This document shows, piece after piece, positions 38,137-45,152 of a DNA stretch of 51,943 nucleotides. The translations under genes and the position numbers were made by a program. Source of the stretch: a virus (Duplodnaviria > Caudoviricetes); IMG/VR virus record IMGVR_UViG_3300036798_000599, positions 1-51,943 of that record. The stretch is one strand, 5' to 3'. The notes beneath the pieces are model-generated. The model was not told the origin of the DNA. It searched no databases and worked only from the letters and a program-made list of their open reading frames with translations. Each line of letters opens with the position of its first letter. The stretch's first letter is position 1.

Positions 38137-38492
38137 GATCCTCCTCCGAATAGCGGCAGGCGGGCGGTGCGCGGGTCGATGCGGCGGCGCGGGCGCAGTG
38201 CGGGATGCGCGGGGTCGTTCGCCTCGGCCCAGCGCAGGTGGTTCAGCCGGTAGGTGTATTCGTGCTTGGTGATCGGCTGAGCAAATTTCCAATGTCCGCT
38301 CTTCCAGAAGAACCGCTCGGTGAGCTCCTCCGGCGGCACCACCTCACCGGCGATGTCGACGACGATCGTGGTCGGCGGCCAGCGGTCGCGCTTGTTCGAT
38401 GGCTCGCCGAACTCGTGGTCAATCTCCTGCAGCCGGGCCGGGACCAGCGGCCCGCCGCGGTGGAGGCGCAGGAGGTAGTAGCGGACGGTCAT
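38124..38492 (-). CDS. Hypothetical phage protein
   Basis: RL.RGGPLVPARL...PI...EY.......WA....P.HP...PR..ID motif. Confidence 0.65.
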   Translation of the reverse strand: MTVRYYLLRLHRGGPLVPARLQEIDHEFGEPSNKRDRWPPTTIVVDIAGEVVPPEELTERFFWKSGHWKFAQPITKHEYTYRLNHLRWAEANDPAHPALRPRRRIDPRTARLPLFGGGSWQK

Positions 38493-38806
38493 GACCAGAT
38501 GTCCTCGACCTCGCAGCCGAGCGCCCGGCAGATGTCGCGCAACTTCTCTGGCCTGGGATCGCGAACGCATCCCGCTTCCAATTCACCGATGTGACCGGCT
38601 GAATACCCCGCCTTTTCGGCCAGAACCTTTTGTGTCCATCCCTTGCTCTTGCGCAGCACCCGCAGACGCTCACCGCCTCTTTGTCGAAGATTTGCCCTCA
38701 CAGGCGGGGCGCCGGGCACATACCCTTGCATGATCATCTCAAGGTCCTGGCGGAAGTTCAGGCGGATCGAGCGCCACGGCTCGGGGACATCCGCCAGGTC
38801 GCTCAT
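38489..38806 (-). CDS. XRE-family HTH regulator
   Basis: LRVLRKSKGWTQKVLAEKAGYSAGHIGELEAG..DP..EKL..I..AL. Confidence 0.88.
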   Translation of the reverse strand: MSDLADVPEPWRSIRLNFRQDLEMIMQGYVPGAPPVRANLRQRGGERLRVLRKSKGWTQKVLAEKAGYSAGHIGELEAGCVRDPRPEKLRDICRALGCEVEDIWS

Positions 38807-39051
38807 GGCTTCCCCACCAGTTGCTCGAGCTTGTTGATCGCGCGCTCAAAGCGGCGGCAGGCGCGCTGGTGGCGTTTCGCGTCGGTCGGCTTCTGGCCGA
38901 CGATGGCGATGCGCTCGGCGGCGACAATGGTTTCGCGCGCCGCCGCGATCAGCTCGTCGCCGAGTTTGCGGCTGATCGACTCGGTCGCCGCGGCGGCATG
39001 GATCGCCTCTCGGATGAAAGCGAGTTCCATGGCGGCCGAGACGGGCACCAT
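38803..39051 (-). CDS. Hypothetical protein
   Basis: Coupled helical ORF. Confidence 0.55.
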   Translation of the reverse strand: MVPVSAAMELAFIREAIHAAAATESISRKLGDELIAAARETIVAAERIAIVGQKPTDAKRHQRACRRFERAINKLEQLVGKP

Positions 39052-39052
39052 C

Positions 39053-39358
39053 CTACTCCAACGGCTTTGGCAACAGTGCGAGCGCCTTTTCGGCGACCTT
39101 CAGGATACGCGGCAGCTCGCGAGCCTGACCGCCTTCGGCCAACAGGACGATCATTTCCAGCGCCATTCGCAGCGACTCAACACTTGGCAGAAGCCCGAGG
39201 ACCTGACGCTCGTATTCGCGCGCCTGCATCAGCGCTGTCGTCAGGTCTTTGGTTCGCGCGCTACGGCGGACGCGGACTGATTTTCCGTCCTTGTTGACCG
39301 TACCGCTGATCTGTAAATTCCCCTTTCCGTCGCTTCGGGGAATGATTTTCAACACCAT
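39053..39358 (-). CDS. Stand-alone integrase arm-binding-domain-like protein
   Basis: GGAG RBS; LKIIPR..K..LQISGTV...K.VRVRRSARTKD...A resembles tyrosine-integrase N-terminal three-stranded domains. Confidence 0.5.
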   Translation of the reverse strand: MVLKIIPRSDGKGNLQISGTVNKDGKSVRVRRSARTKDLTTALMQAREYERQVLGLLPSVESLRMALEMIVLLAEGGQARELPRILKVAEKALALLPKPLE

Positions 39359-39444
39359 GTTTCGTTCTCCGAAATGTGAATCCGGCGATTTACCATGCAA
39401 ATTGTGTATTGGAGAACAAACCCTGACCGCAAGGGTGCGAACAC

Positions 39445-39673
39445 TGTGGCATTTTCTGTGGCACTTTCTTCTGAAAAGTTCCACATTGTTCCCGATTCGG
39501 GCCTCTTACGGAGGTTCGGAAACAGGGCGTAAGCCCTTGATATCACAGGTTTCGGGGCGTGGCGCAGTCCGGTAGCGCACCTGCTTTGGGAACCCCCGGC
39601 CTGCATCGCCAACCTCCTTGATATCCTTGGCCTTTTTCGCCTCACCCCAAAAAATGTGGCAGTTTTTGTGGCA
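39445..39673. other. attP: attP region: tRNA-Pro 5'-half core with arm-type repeats and an IHF-like site
   Basis: TGTGGCA pairs at 39445/39457 and 39655/39667 (12-bp spacing). TAAGCCCTTGATA 39530-39542 fits the reverse IHF consensus YAANNNNTTGATW. Core at 39553-39591. Confidence 0.85.
39553..39591 (+). tRNA. 5' fragment of tRNA-Pro(TGG) (att core, not a complete tRNA)
   Basis: CGGGGCGTGGCGCAGTCCGGTAGCGCACCTGCTTTGGGA = acceptor 5' strand, D arm and anticodon loop; no T-arm or CCA follows. Confidence 0.85.
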
Positions 39674-39680
39674 TTCGCTC

Positions 39681-39896
39681 TCAGCGAAACCCCTCGACGA
39701 TCCGCCGCGCAGTCTCGATGTGCGGCTCGACCATATACAGCATCGCCATCGCTGCCAGCAGGTGGCCCTGTGACCAATCGGGGTGCTTCGCCAAGTCCGA
39801 CATAATCGAAGTCACCGCGTTCGCATGATCGCCGCGATCCAGATACTCGCGAGCCCGCGCCTTGGCCCATTCCAGATGCTCGTCATGGTCCCTCAT
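39681..39896 (-). CDS. Hypothetical phage protein
   Basis: GAGG RBS; EHLEWAK.RA.EYLD.GD...A..S..SDL.KHP. Confidence 0.65.
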   Translation of the reverse strand: MRDHDEHLEWAKARAREYLDRGDHANAVTSIMSDLAKHPDWSQGHLLAAMAMLYMVEPHIETARRIVEGFR

Positions 39897-39912
39897 GCCA
39901 GCAGCCTCCTCA

Positions 39913-40116
39913 TCAGGGGGGAATGCCACAATCCCAGTCATAGGTGTTGGGGCCGTCCTCGCCCACCTTGGCGTCAGTGATGATCGCCGCATAACGATCA
40001 CCCGCCAAAAGACGGATCATCTGATCGATCACCCAGTTCTTGTGGTGATCGCCATCGATCTGCCCGTAGCGAACCGCGAGCTCGATGGCCTGGTCGATCC
40101 GCTCGCGGTCAGTCAT
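39913..40116 (-). CDS. Hypothetical phage protein
   Basis: YGQIDGDHHK.WVIDQM.R.L...WD.GI.P. Confidence 0.65.
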   Translation of the reverse strand: MTDRERIDQAIELAVRYGQIDGDHHKNWVIDQMIRLLAGDRYAAIITDAKVGEDGPNTYDWDCGIPP

Positions 40117-40139
40117 GCCACCACCCTCGCCGACTTCGC

Positions 40140-40259
40140 TCATTTGAATAACCAAACAAACACGACCACACCCCCTAATAAAGCCGCTGCACCAACGGCG
40201 GGAACTCCAATCCACACCATGAGGTTCCATAAGACCTCGTGATCTTCAATCCAACTCAT
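40140..40259 (-). CDS. Small TM protein flanked by 19-bp direct repeats
   Basis: 39 aa hydrophobic ORF with ATGA overlap to the integrase stop. Confidence 0.5.
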   Translation of the reverse strand: MSWIEDHEVLWNLMVWIGVPAVGAAALLGGVVVFVWLFK

Positions 40260-41389
40260 GCCACCACCCTCGCCTTGCGCCCGACCCGCGCCGCCGCGGT
40301 CTTCTCCATCGCCGCGCGGACATCGGCCACCTCGACCGCGGTGTAGCGCATCGTCGTCGCGATATCGGCGTGTCCGAGGAGTCGCTGCACGGTCTTGAGG
40401 TTGCCCACCGCCACCAGCGTCCGGGTCGCCGCGGTGTGGCGCAGGTCGTGGAACCGCAGGCCCGGCAACCCGGCTTCGCACCGGGCGCGGTCCCACTCCC
40501 GCCGCCAGCCATCGTGGCTAAAGGGGTAGCGCTCGCCCTTCTGCTGCACGATCCCCGTATGCGGGTCGTGGCGGTTGCGGGCGCAGACATAGGTAAAGAC
40601 CATCTCCGGATGGTTGCCGCGCTCGCGGGCGAGGACGGCGCGCACCGCATCGGTCAGCGGCACGACATGCAACGCACCCCCCGGTTTCTTTGACTTGGTG
40701 CGAAAGGTGATCCGCCCCTCATCCTCGTCCCAGTCGATCTGCCGCCACTCGAGGCCGAGGACGTTTTCGAGGCGCACCCCGGTCAACAGGGCGAACTCGA
40801 CGATCGGCCAGAAATCGGGGCGCAGGCATTGAAAGAAGCGTTCCTCATCGGCGTCGGAGAGGATCAGCTGCACCTTGTCGGGTTCGGGCAGCCACAGTGT
40901 CTTCCAGTGGATCTCGGGGATCCGCGCACCCCAACTCCGCGCCGCCAGCAGCACCGTACGCAGATGCGAGACTTCGCGGTTGACCGTGGCATTGGCGCGC
41001 TGGCGGGTCAGCACCTTGCCATAGCGCCTGGTCTTCACCTGGCGGCGGCGGGCGACAAAGCTCGAGAGATCGCGCGTTGTCAGGTCGCTGATAATGGTCC
41101 GCTCGCCGAGCTCCTTCAGCAATGTCGCTGAGTGCTGCGCGATCATCGCCGCCGATGCCACCGCCGAGCCGCGATCCTCCCAGTACTTGCCCAGCGCATC
41201 CGACAGCGACCACTCGGACCGCCGGGCGCCGTGCCTCAGCTTTTCTTCGGTGTAGACGCGCAGCGCGATCTCTTCCGCCTTGGCACGGGATTCTTCCTTA
41301 GTGCTGTCGCGAAATCGACGACCGTTGACCTGGAAGTCAAGAAACCAGTACGGCGACCCGGCGCGCCGGATGACGAGTGACTTGCGCAT
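40256..41389 (-). CDS. int: Tyrosine integrase
   Basis: TGVR, KSK, FHDLRHTAAT, LLGH and TMRY catalytic set; N-terminal arm-binding domain. Confidence 0.95.
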   Translation of the reverse strand: MRKSLVIRRAGSPYWFLDFQVNGRRFRDSTKEESRAKAEEIALRVYTEEKLRHGARRSEWSLSDALGKYWEDRGSAVASAAMIAQHSATLLKELGERTIISDLTTRDLSSFVARRRQVKTRRYGKVLTRQRANATVNREVSHLRTVLLAARSWGARIPEIHWKTLWLPEPDKVQLILSDADEERFFQCLRPDFWPIVEFALLTGVRLENVLGLEWRQIDWDEDEGRITFRTKSKKPGGALHVVPLTDAVRAVLARERGNHPEMVFTYVCARNRHDPHTGIVQQKGERYPFSHDGWRREWDRARCEAGLPGLRFHDLRHTAATRTLVAVGNLKTVQRLLGHADIATTMRYTAVEVADVRAAMEKTAAARVGRKARVVA

Positions 41390-41607
41390 GAGCGCTCCTG
41401 TCGCTGGATGTATTCAACAAGGTCGGCCGGGCGGTAGCGCCGGCGCGTCCCGATCAAGACGTATTTGAGGCGGCCTTCGTCGCGCTCGCGGCGCAGCACC
41501 GCCTTGGTCACACCGAGCAGGCGCTGCGTCTCCGACTCGTGGATCAGCAGACGCCCGTGGGCGACTTCCTTCAGCCGCTCAGCGGTCAGTTCGTCGATCG
41601 CGGTCAT
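41236..41607 (-). CDS. xis: Excisionase-like HTH protein
   Basis: ET..LLGV....LRR....G.L.YV.IG.RRRY...DL..YI; overlaps the int start. Confidence 0.75.
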   Translation of the reverse strand: MTAIDELTAERLKEVAHGRLLIHESETQRLLGVTKAVLRRERDEGRLKYVLIGTRRRYRPADLVEYIQRQERSCASHSSSGAPGRRTGFLTSRSTVVDFATALRKNPVPRRKRSRCASTPKKS

Positions 41608-41968
41608 GGGGGATGTCCGAAAGGAGAAGCTTCAACTCGACCAGCGCTGCGGCGTGACCCGCCAAGGCCTCGGCCCGCGTCGCATACCGCTGCCCATTCC
41701 AATCTGTCTCGAGCGAGCCGTAGTCACCGAAGACCATCGTCTCGTAGAGGATCGGCGGGCCTTCGCCGAACATGCTGGCAAAGCCGTGGTCGAGGGCGAG
41801 AAAGACGGTTGAGACCCAATGCCCGTCATCAAGGCGATCGAGGGCAACGTGGCGCTCAGCGGTCTGATACCAGCGCGCCCACCGATAGAGGTCCGGTTCC
41901 GGCACCGGGTTGCCCGCAGCGTCGAGAATGTATCTCCCCAGGACATTCTCTGGATCCGGGTTTTTCAT
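41579..41968 (-). CDS. Hypothetical phage protein flanked by ~37-bp direct repeats
   Basis: VSTVFL.LDH...P.LYETMVFG...RY.T..EA..GH motif. Confidence 0.7.
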   Translation of the reverse strand: MKNPDPENVLGRYILDAAGNPVPEPDLYRWARWYQTAERHVALDRLDDGHWVSTVFLALDHGFASMFGEGPPILYETMVFGDYGSLETDWNGQRYATRAEALAGHAAALVELKLLLSDIPHDRDRRTDR

Positions 41969-42183
41969 CGCTCAAGCCTCCCGCTGCGGTCAGTTCGTCG
42001 ATCGCGGTCATGGGGGGTGTCCTGCAATCGCGCGCGCAATCGCTCACGCAGAATCCATATTTCACGGCTGATGTGCTCAAAATCCGGGCCGAGATCCGCA
42101 TCGACGACGACGGCCGCGAAGCCCATGGCGGTCAATGCCCAGGTGAGGTTGGTGGCGGCCACAGTGATATCATTCCTGGTCAT
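41965..42183 (-). CDS. Hypothetical protein
   Basis: Coupled ORF, GGAG RBS. Confidence 0.5.
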   Translation of the reverse strand: MTRNDITVAATNLTWALTAMGFAAVVVDADLGPDFEHISREIWILRERLRARLQDTPHDRDRRTDRSGRLER

Positions 42184-42416
42184 GCCGTCTCCCTTTCCGG
42201 GAACACCACGCCCTTGCCGAATACCCACATGAAGCAGGTGTTGTCGTCGGCGTCGACGATGATCACCCGCCGCGTCGTGCCCATCCGCGCCCCGAGGCTC
42301 TCGGTCAGCCGCTTCGCCGCGTTCACCGCCGTCTCGGCATCGACGTGGTCGAGGTCGAGCATCGAGGTCTCGTCGGGGAAGAAGGCGTAGACCGAGAAGA
42401 GTTCATCGTCAGCCAT
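42180..42416 (-). CDS. Hypothetical phage protein
   Basis: FSVY.FFPD...RVII.D.DD.T.F.W..GKG..FP. Confidence 0.65.
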   Translation of the reverse strand: MADDELFSVYAFFPDETSMLDLDHVDAETAVNAAKRLTESLGARMGTTRRVIIVDADDNTCFMWVFGKGVVFPERETA

Positions 42417-42601
42417 CAGTCGTCGCCAAACAGAAGGGGTTCCCCAACGTGGGTCTTGAACCAACGCACCAGGTCATGCCCCGCGCGGTCGACCTCCATT
42501 GCTTTGCGAAAAGCTTCCTGCGCGAGCGCGCTCCAATTGAGGTCCTTGCGCCGTTGCATCGCCTCAAACAGATCTGGCGGCACATAAATACTGATCCTCA
42601 T
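42416..42601 (-). CDS. Ribbon-helix-helix protein (CcdA/MetJ-Arc-like)
   Basis: MRISIYVPPDL......LNWSALAQEAFRKA. Confidence 0.7.
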   Translation of the reverse strand: MRISIYVPPDLFEAMQRRKDLNWSALAQEAFRKAMEVDRAGHDLVRWFKTHVGEPLLFGDD

Positions 42602-42618
42602 CTGGATGCCCTGTTGAG

Positions 42619-42987
42619 ACGTTGCGCTGCGGGGCGGAGCCGGGAGCGGCGATGCGGTGCGAGGCGGAGCGAAGCGGGGAGCAGCGAAGCGATGCGATAC
42701 GTAGCGATGCGATGCGGAGGAAATAGAAGAGAAGGAGAGAAACGTTGCGTTGCGACGAGGAGTGCTGCGGGGAGCCGAGGGGCGAGGCGGCGCGGCGCGG
42801 GGCGGCGAGGAGCGCCGCGGAGCGGAGACGTTGCGTTGCGTTGCGAGGAGGCGTGGAGCGGAGAGTTGCGGGACAGCGCGATGCGAGGTGCTGCGCTGAG
42901 TTGCGTTGCGAAACGAGGCGTTGCGCGGCGCTGTGCTGAGGCGCGAAGAGGTGCGGAGCGAAGCGCGGCGCGGAGGCGCGGAGCGGT
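42619..42987 (-). ncRNA. Pentamer array block A (tracts A1 42619-42718, A2 42742-42826, A3 42828-42987); putative guide RNAs
   Basis: 20, 17 and 32 in-phase (G[CAT]G-NN) pentamers on +; each starts with ACGTTGCG. RNA status is inferred. Confidence 0.7.
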
Positions 42988-42990
42988 GAA

Positions 42991-43512
42991 CTAGGCATTT
43001 TTATTCCGCCGCGGGCTTAGGGTGATCATCCATTCGACGGCATTGAAAGAGGGCAGATCGTTCGAGGTGCCGCGAGCCACTTTCTCGATACGCCGGGTTG
43101 TTGCTTTGCTGAGGGCATCGCGGGCCAGTTCGCGAATAATCGAACTGACCGCGAATTTGGCCTGCTGCCGGATGTCCAACAGATCGAGATCGACGACGTC
43201 CGCCTGCCTGGCCCCATTGCGCAATTTGTTTGTCGCGCCGAGCAGATACCAATTCCTTTGCCGATCGGCGATTTCGGGATCATTCAACCGGACAACCCCG
43301 ACCTTCGGCTGGATACAACTCCATACGGCGTTGTGGTCGCGCTCGAGGATCTTGCGAGCGTAATGCAAGATATGACTTTCACTGGTGATGCGCGCGCTGA
43401 CGGCGTCCGACAGTTCCTTGTAAGTAAGGCGCGTGCCCTTATCGAAGGCCGCGAGATACCGGACCAGTGAAGCTGTCAGTTCCGAGCGTTCGAACTTCGG
43501 CATTTGGGTCAT
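42991..43512 (-). CDS. Winged-helix-like accessory protein embedded between arrays
   Basis: GTRLTYKELSDAV...HILHYARKILERDH...GVVRL wHTH-like N-terminus; helical C-terminus. Confidence 0.6.
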   Translation of the reverse strand: MTQMPKFERSELTASLVRYLAAFDKGTRLTYKELSDAVSARITSESHILHYARKILERDHNAVWSCIQPKVGVVRLNDPEIADRQRNWYLLGATNKLRNGARQADVVDLDLLDIRQQAKFAVSSIIRELARDALSKATTRRIEKVARGTSNDLPSFNAVEWMITLSPRRNKNA

Positions 43513-43526
43513 GTCCCCTGATCAAG

Positions 43527-43727
43527 ACGTTGCGTTGCGGCGAGGAGCGGTGCGCGGCGTGACGCTGCGACGGGATGCGGCGAGGAGCGGCGAGATGCGA
43601 GGAGCTGTGCCGCGAAGTGTCGCGTGGTGCTGCGGCGCGAGGCGACGCGTGGCGCCGAGCCGACGTTGCGTTGCGAGGAGTTGTGCGGTGATGAGACGCG
43701 CGGCGGTGTGGGGCGATGCGTAGTGTT
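43527..43727 (-). ncRNA. Pentamer array block B (B1 43527-43661, B2 43663-43727); putative guide RNAs
   Basis: 27 and 13 in-phase pentamers with the ACGTTGCGTTGCG boundary motif. Confidence 0.7.
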
Positions 43728-43731
43728 GTCT

Positions 43732-44319
43732 TCACAAGGTGAGGTCCGTCCATTCAAATTTCGTCGCGCGGAACCGGCCGTTCTTACCGCCTTTTTCGGC
43801 GCGGTAGCGACCGACGCCGACGATCATCCCGGCGGCCTTCACGTGGTCCTCGAAGATCTCCGGCGTGATGATGTCGTCGACGATCGTGAACTCCGCGACC
43901 CCGGCCCATTTTGCGAACTCCGGGAACCGCCGTTTCACGCGCTTGCCGGAACCGCGAACGCCATCGGCATTCGCATTGATCGCAATTATCTTGGAGTCTT
44001 CTTTGGTCAAAGCCTTGCCGTTCGCGATCGGCATATCCTCGTTGCAGAAGAACCCGGACGCGAAAAAGTTCTTGTACGTTGCGCCGCGACGGTTCGGCAC
44101 TTTCATGCCGAGTTTATAGGCTGCGGTGTCGATGCACTGCTTGAGTCCCATTGCCGGGATGCACACCTGCCCCTCCTCGTTCGTCGTGCATTTTTCCCGG
44201 CACGTCCGAATATCGTAATCGTCATGGCCTTCGCGATCGAGCATCGCCGTCTCGTGTTGGGCAGACTGGCTGTAGGGCGATCCTGGAATGCTCTCAAGAT
44301 GAACGCGGCATAGACGCAT
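43732..44319 (-). CDS. RAMP/Cas7-like RNA-binding protein
   Basis: N-terminal strand + SP; GQVCIPAMGLKQCI (cf. RAMP IPGSSLKG helix); C-terminal Gly-rich loop GVGRYRAEKGGKNGRF; GGAGG RBS; no other cas genes. Confidence 0.72.
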   Translation of the reverse strand: MRLCRVHLESIPGSPYSQSAQHETAMLDREGHDDYDIRTCREKCTTNEEGQVCIPAMGLKQCIDTAAYKLGMKVPNRRGATYKNFFASGFFCNEDMPIANGKALTKEDSKIIAINANADGVRGSGKRVKRRFPEFAKWAGVAEFTIVDDIITPEIFEDHVKAAGMIVGVGRYRAEKGGKNGRFRATKFEWTDLTL

Positions 44320-44342
44320 GGGCTTACCCTCCCTTCAATGAA

Positions 44343-44538
44343 ACGTTGCGTTGCGTAGAGCGGAGACGCGGGGCAATGCGACGCGCGGCGTCGAGCCGCG
44401 TTGCGTGGCGAAGCGATGAGTAGAGAGGCGACGCGCGGCGGGGTGCGGCGGCGTGAAGCGATGCGGGACGACGAGATGACGTTGCGTTGCGTTGTGTTGC
44501 GGTGCGGTGCGGAGCGCTGTGTTGTGCTGCGGCGCGAG
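44343..44538 (-). ncRNA. Pentamer array block C (C1 44343-44477, C2 44479-44538); putative guide RNAs
   Basis: 27 and 12 in-phase pentamers with the ACGTTGCGTTGCG boundary motif. Confidence 0.7.
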
Positions 44539-44556
44539 GCAGAATCTCGATGATCA

Positions 44557-44760
44557 TCAGTCGTCCTCCCCGCGTCGCCGATTGGCGTGCATTTTTATGA
44601 CCTGCGCCCCCATCCGCTCCAATTGCCGCAGCACCTCCTCGGCGACGCGGTGGGCGATATAGCTGGGGTCGAGGGGCCGGTTGTCCTGGCCCACCCGGCG
44701 CAAGGCCTCGGCCACCTCCTCCTCGATCAGCCGGCGCAACAGGTCGGTCTCGTCGGTCAT
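44557..44760 (-). CDS. Hypothetical protein
   Basis: Coupled helical ORF immediately upstream of array C. Confidence 0.6.
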   Translation of the reverse strand: MTDETDLLRRLIEEEVAEALRRVGQDNRPLDPSYIAHRVAEEVLRQLERMGAQVIKMHANRRRGEDD

Positions 44761-44981
44761 GCTTCCTCGTCATCCTCGAGAAAATCGCTGACGTCGCGAA
44801 ACAGCTTCATCGCCCCCATCGCGAGCCCGCCCAACGCCTCGTTGCTCCAGGTCGTGTGCCACCGATCATCAATGCGGACGACGCACATGACAGCCTCGAC
44901 ACCCTCGCGCTCAAGGATCCGGTGCAGCACCACACGCCACGGCAGCTTGTCCGGGTCGAGCAGCAGGATCTTCTCAGCCAT
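44757..44981 (-). CDS. Hypothetical protein
   Basis: Coupled ORF. Confidence 0.55.
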   Translation of the reverse strand: MAEKILLLDPDKLPWRVVLHRILEREGVEAVMCVVRIDDRWHTTWSNEALGGLAMGAMKLFRDVSDFLEDDEEA

Positions 44982-45152
44982 CCTACTCGGCCGCCAGCCG
45001 GGGCCGCCGCGGTCCGCGTTGGCGCGGCTCCTTGTAGAGGACAGCGAGCGCCCGCCGCATTGCCTCGAGCCAGACCTCGCGCTCCTTCTCGGACCACGAC
45101 GTCCCGGGCTTGGGCAGCCGCCCGACCAGCGCCTCGATGACCGGGTTCTCTG

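Noticed and set aside
39553-39630. Complete phage tRNA-Pro gene
   Set aside because: Similarity stops after the anticodon loop; there is no 3' anticodon stem, T-arm or acceptor 3' strand.
43663-44538. Self-genome targets for tracts B2, C1 and C2
   Set aside because: Only short, unconvincing similarities were found by eye; they are left unassigned pending a computational gapped search.
42616-44545. Canonical CRISPR array
   Set aside because: There are no 23-47-bp identical repeats separated by unique spacers and no cas1/cas2. The whole tract is periodic.
42564-44773. Arg/Ala-rich ORFs crossing the pentamer blocks (e.g. 42564-42998, 43509-43757, 44324-44773 on -; 42449-42994, 43433-43723 on +)
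   Set aside because: A CNC-NN pentamer pattern cannot form stop codons on the - strand and rarely does on +, so open frames are expected. The 5-nt period and low-complexity translations argue against real proteins.
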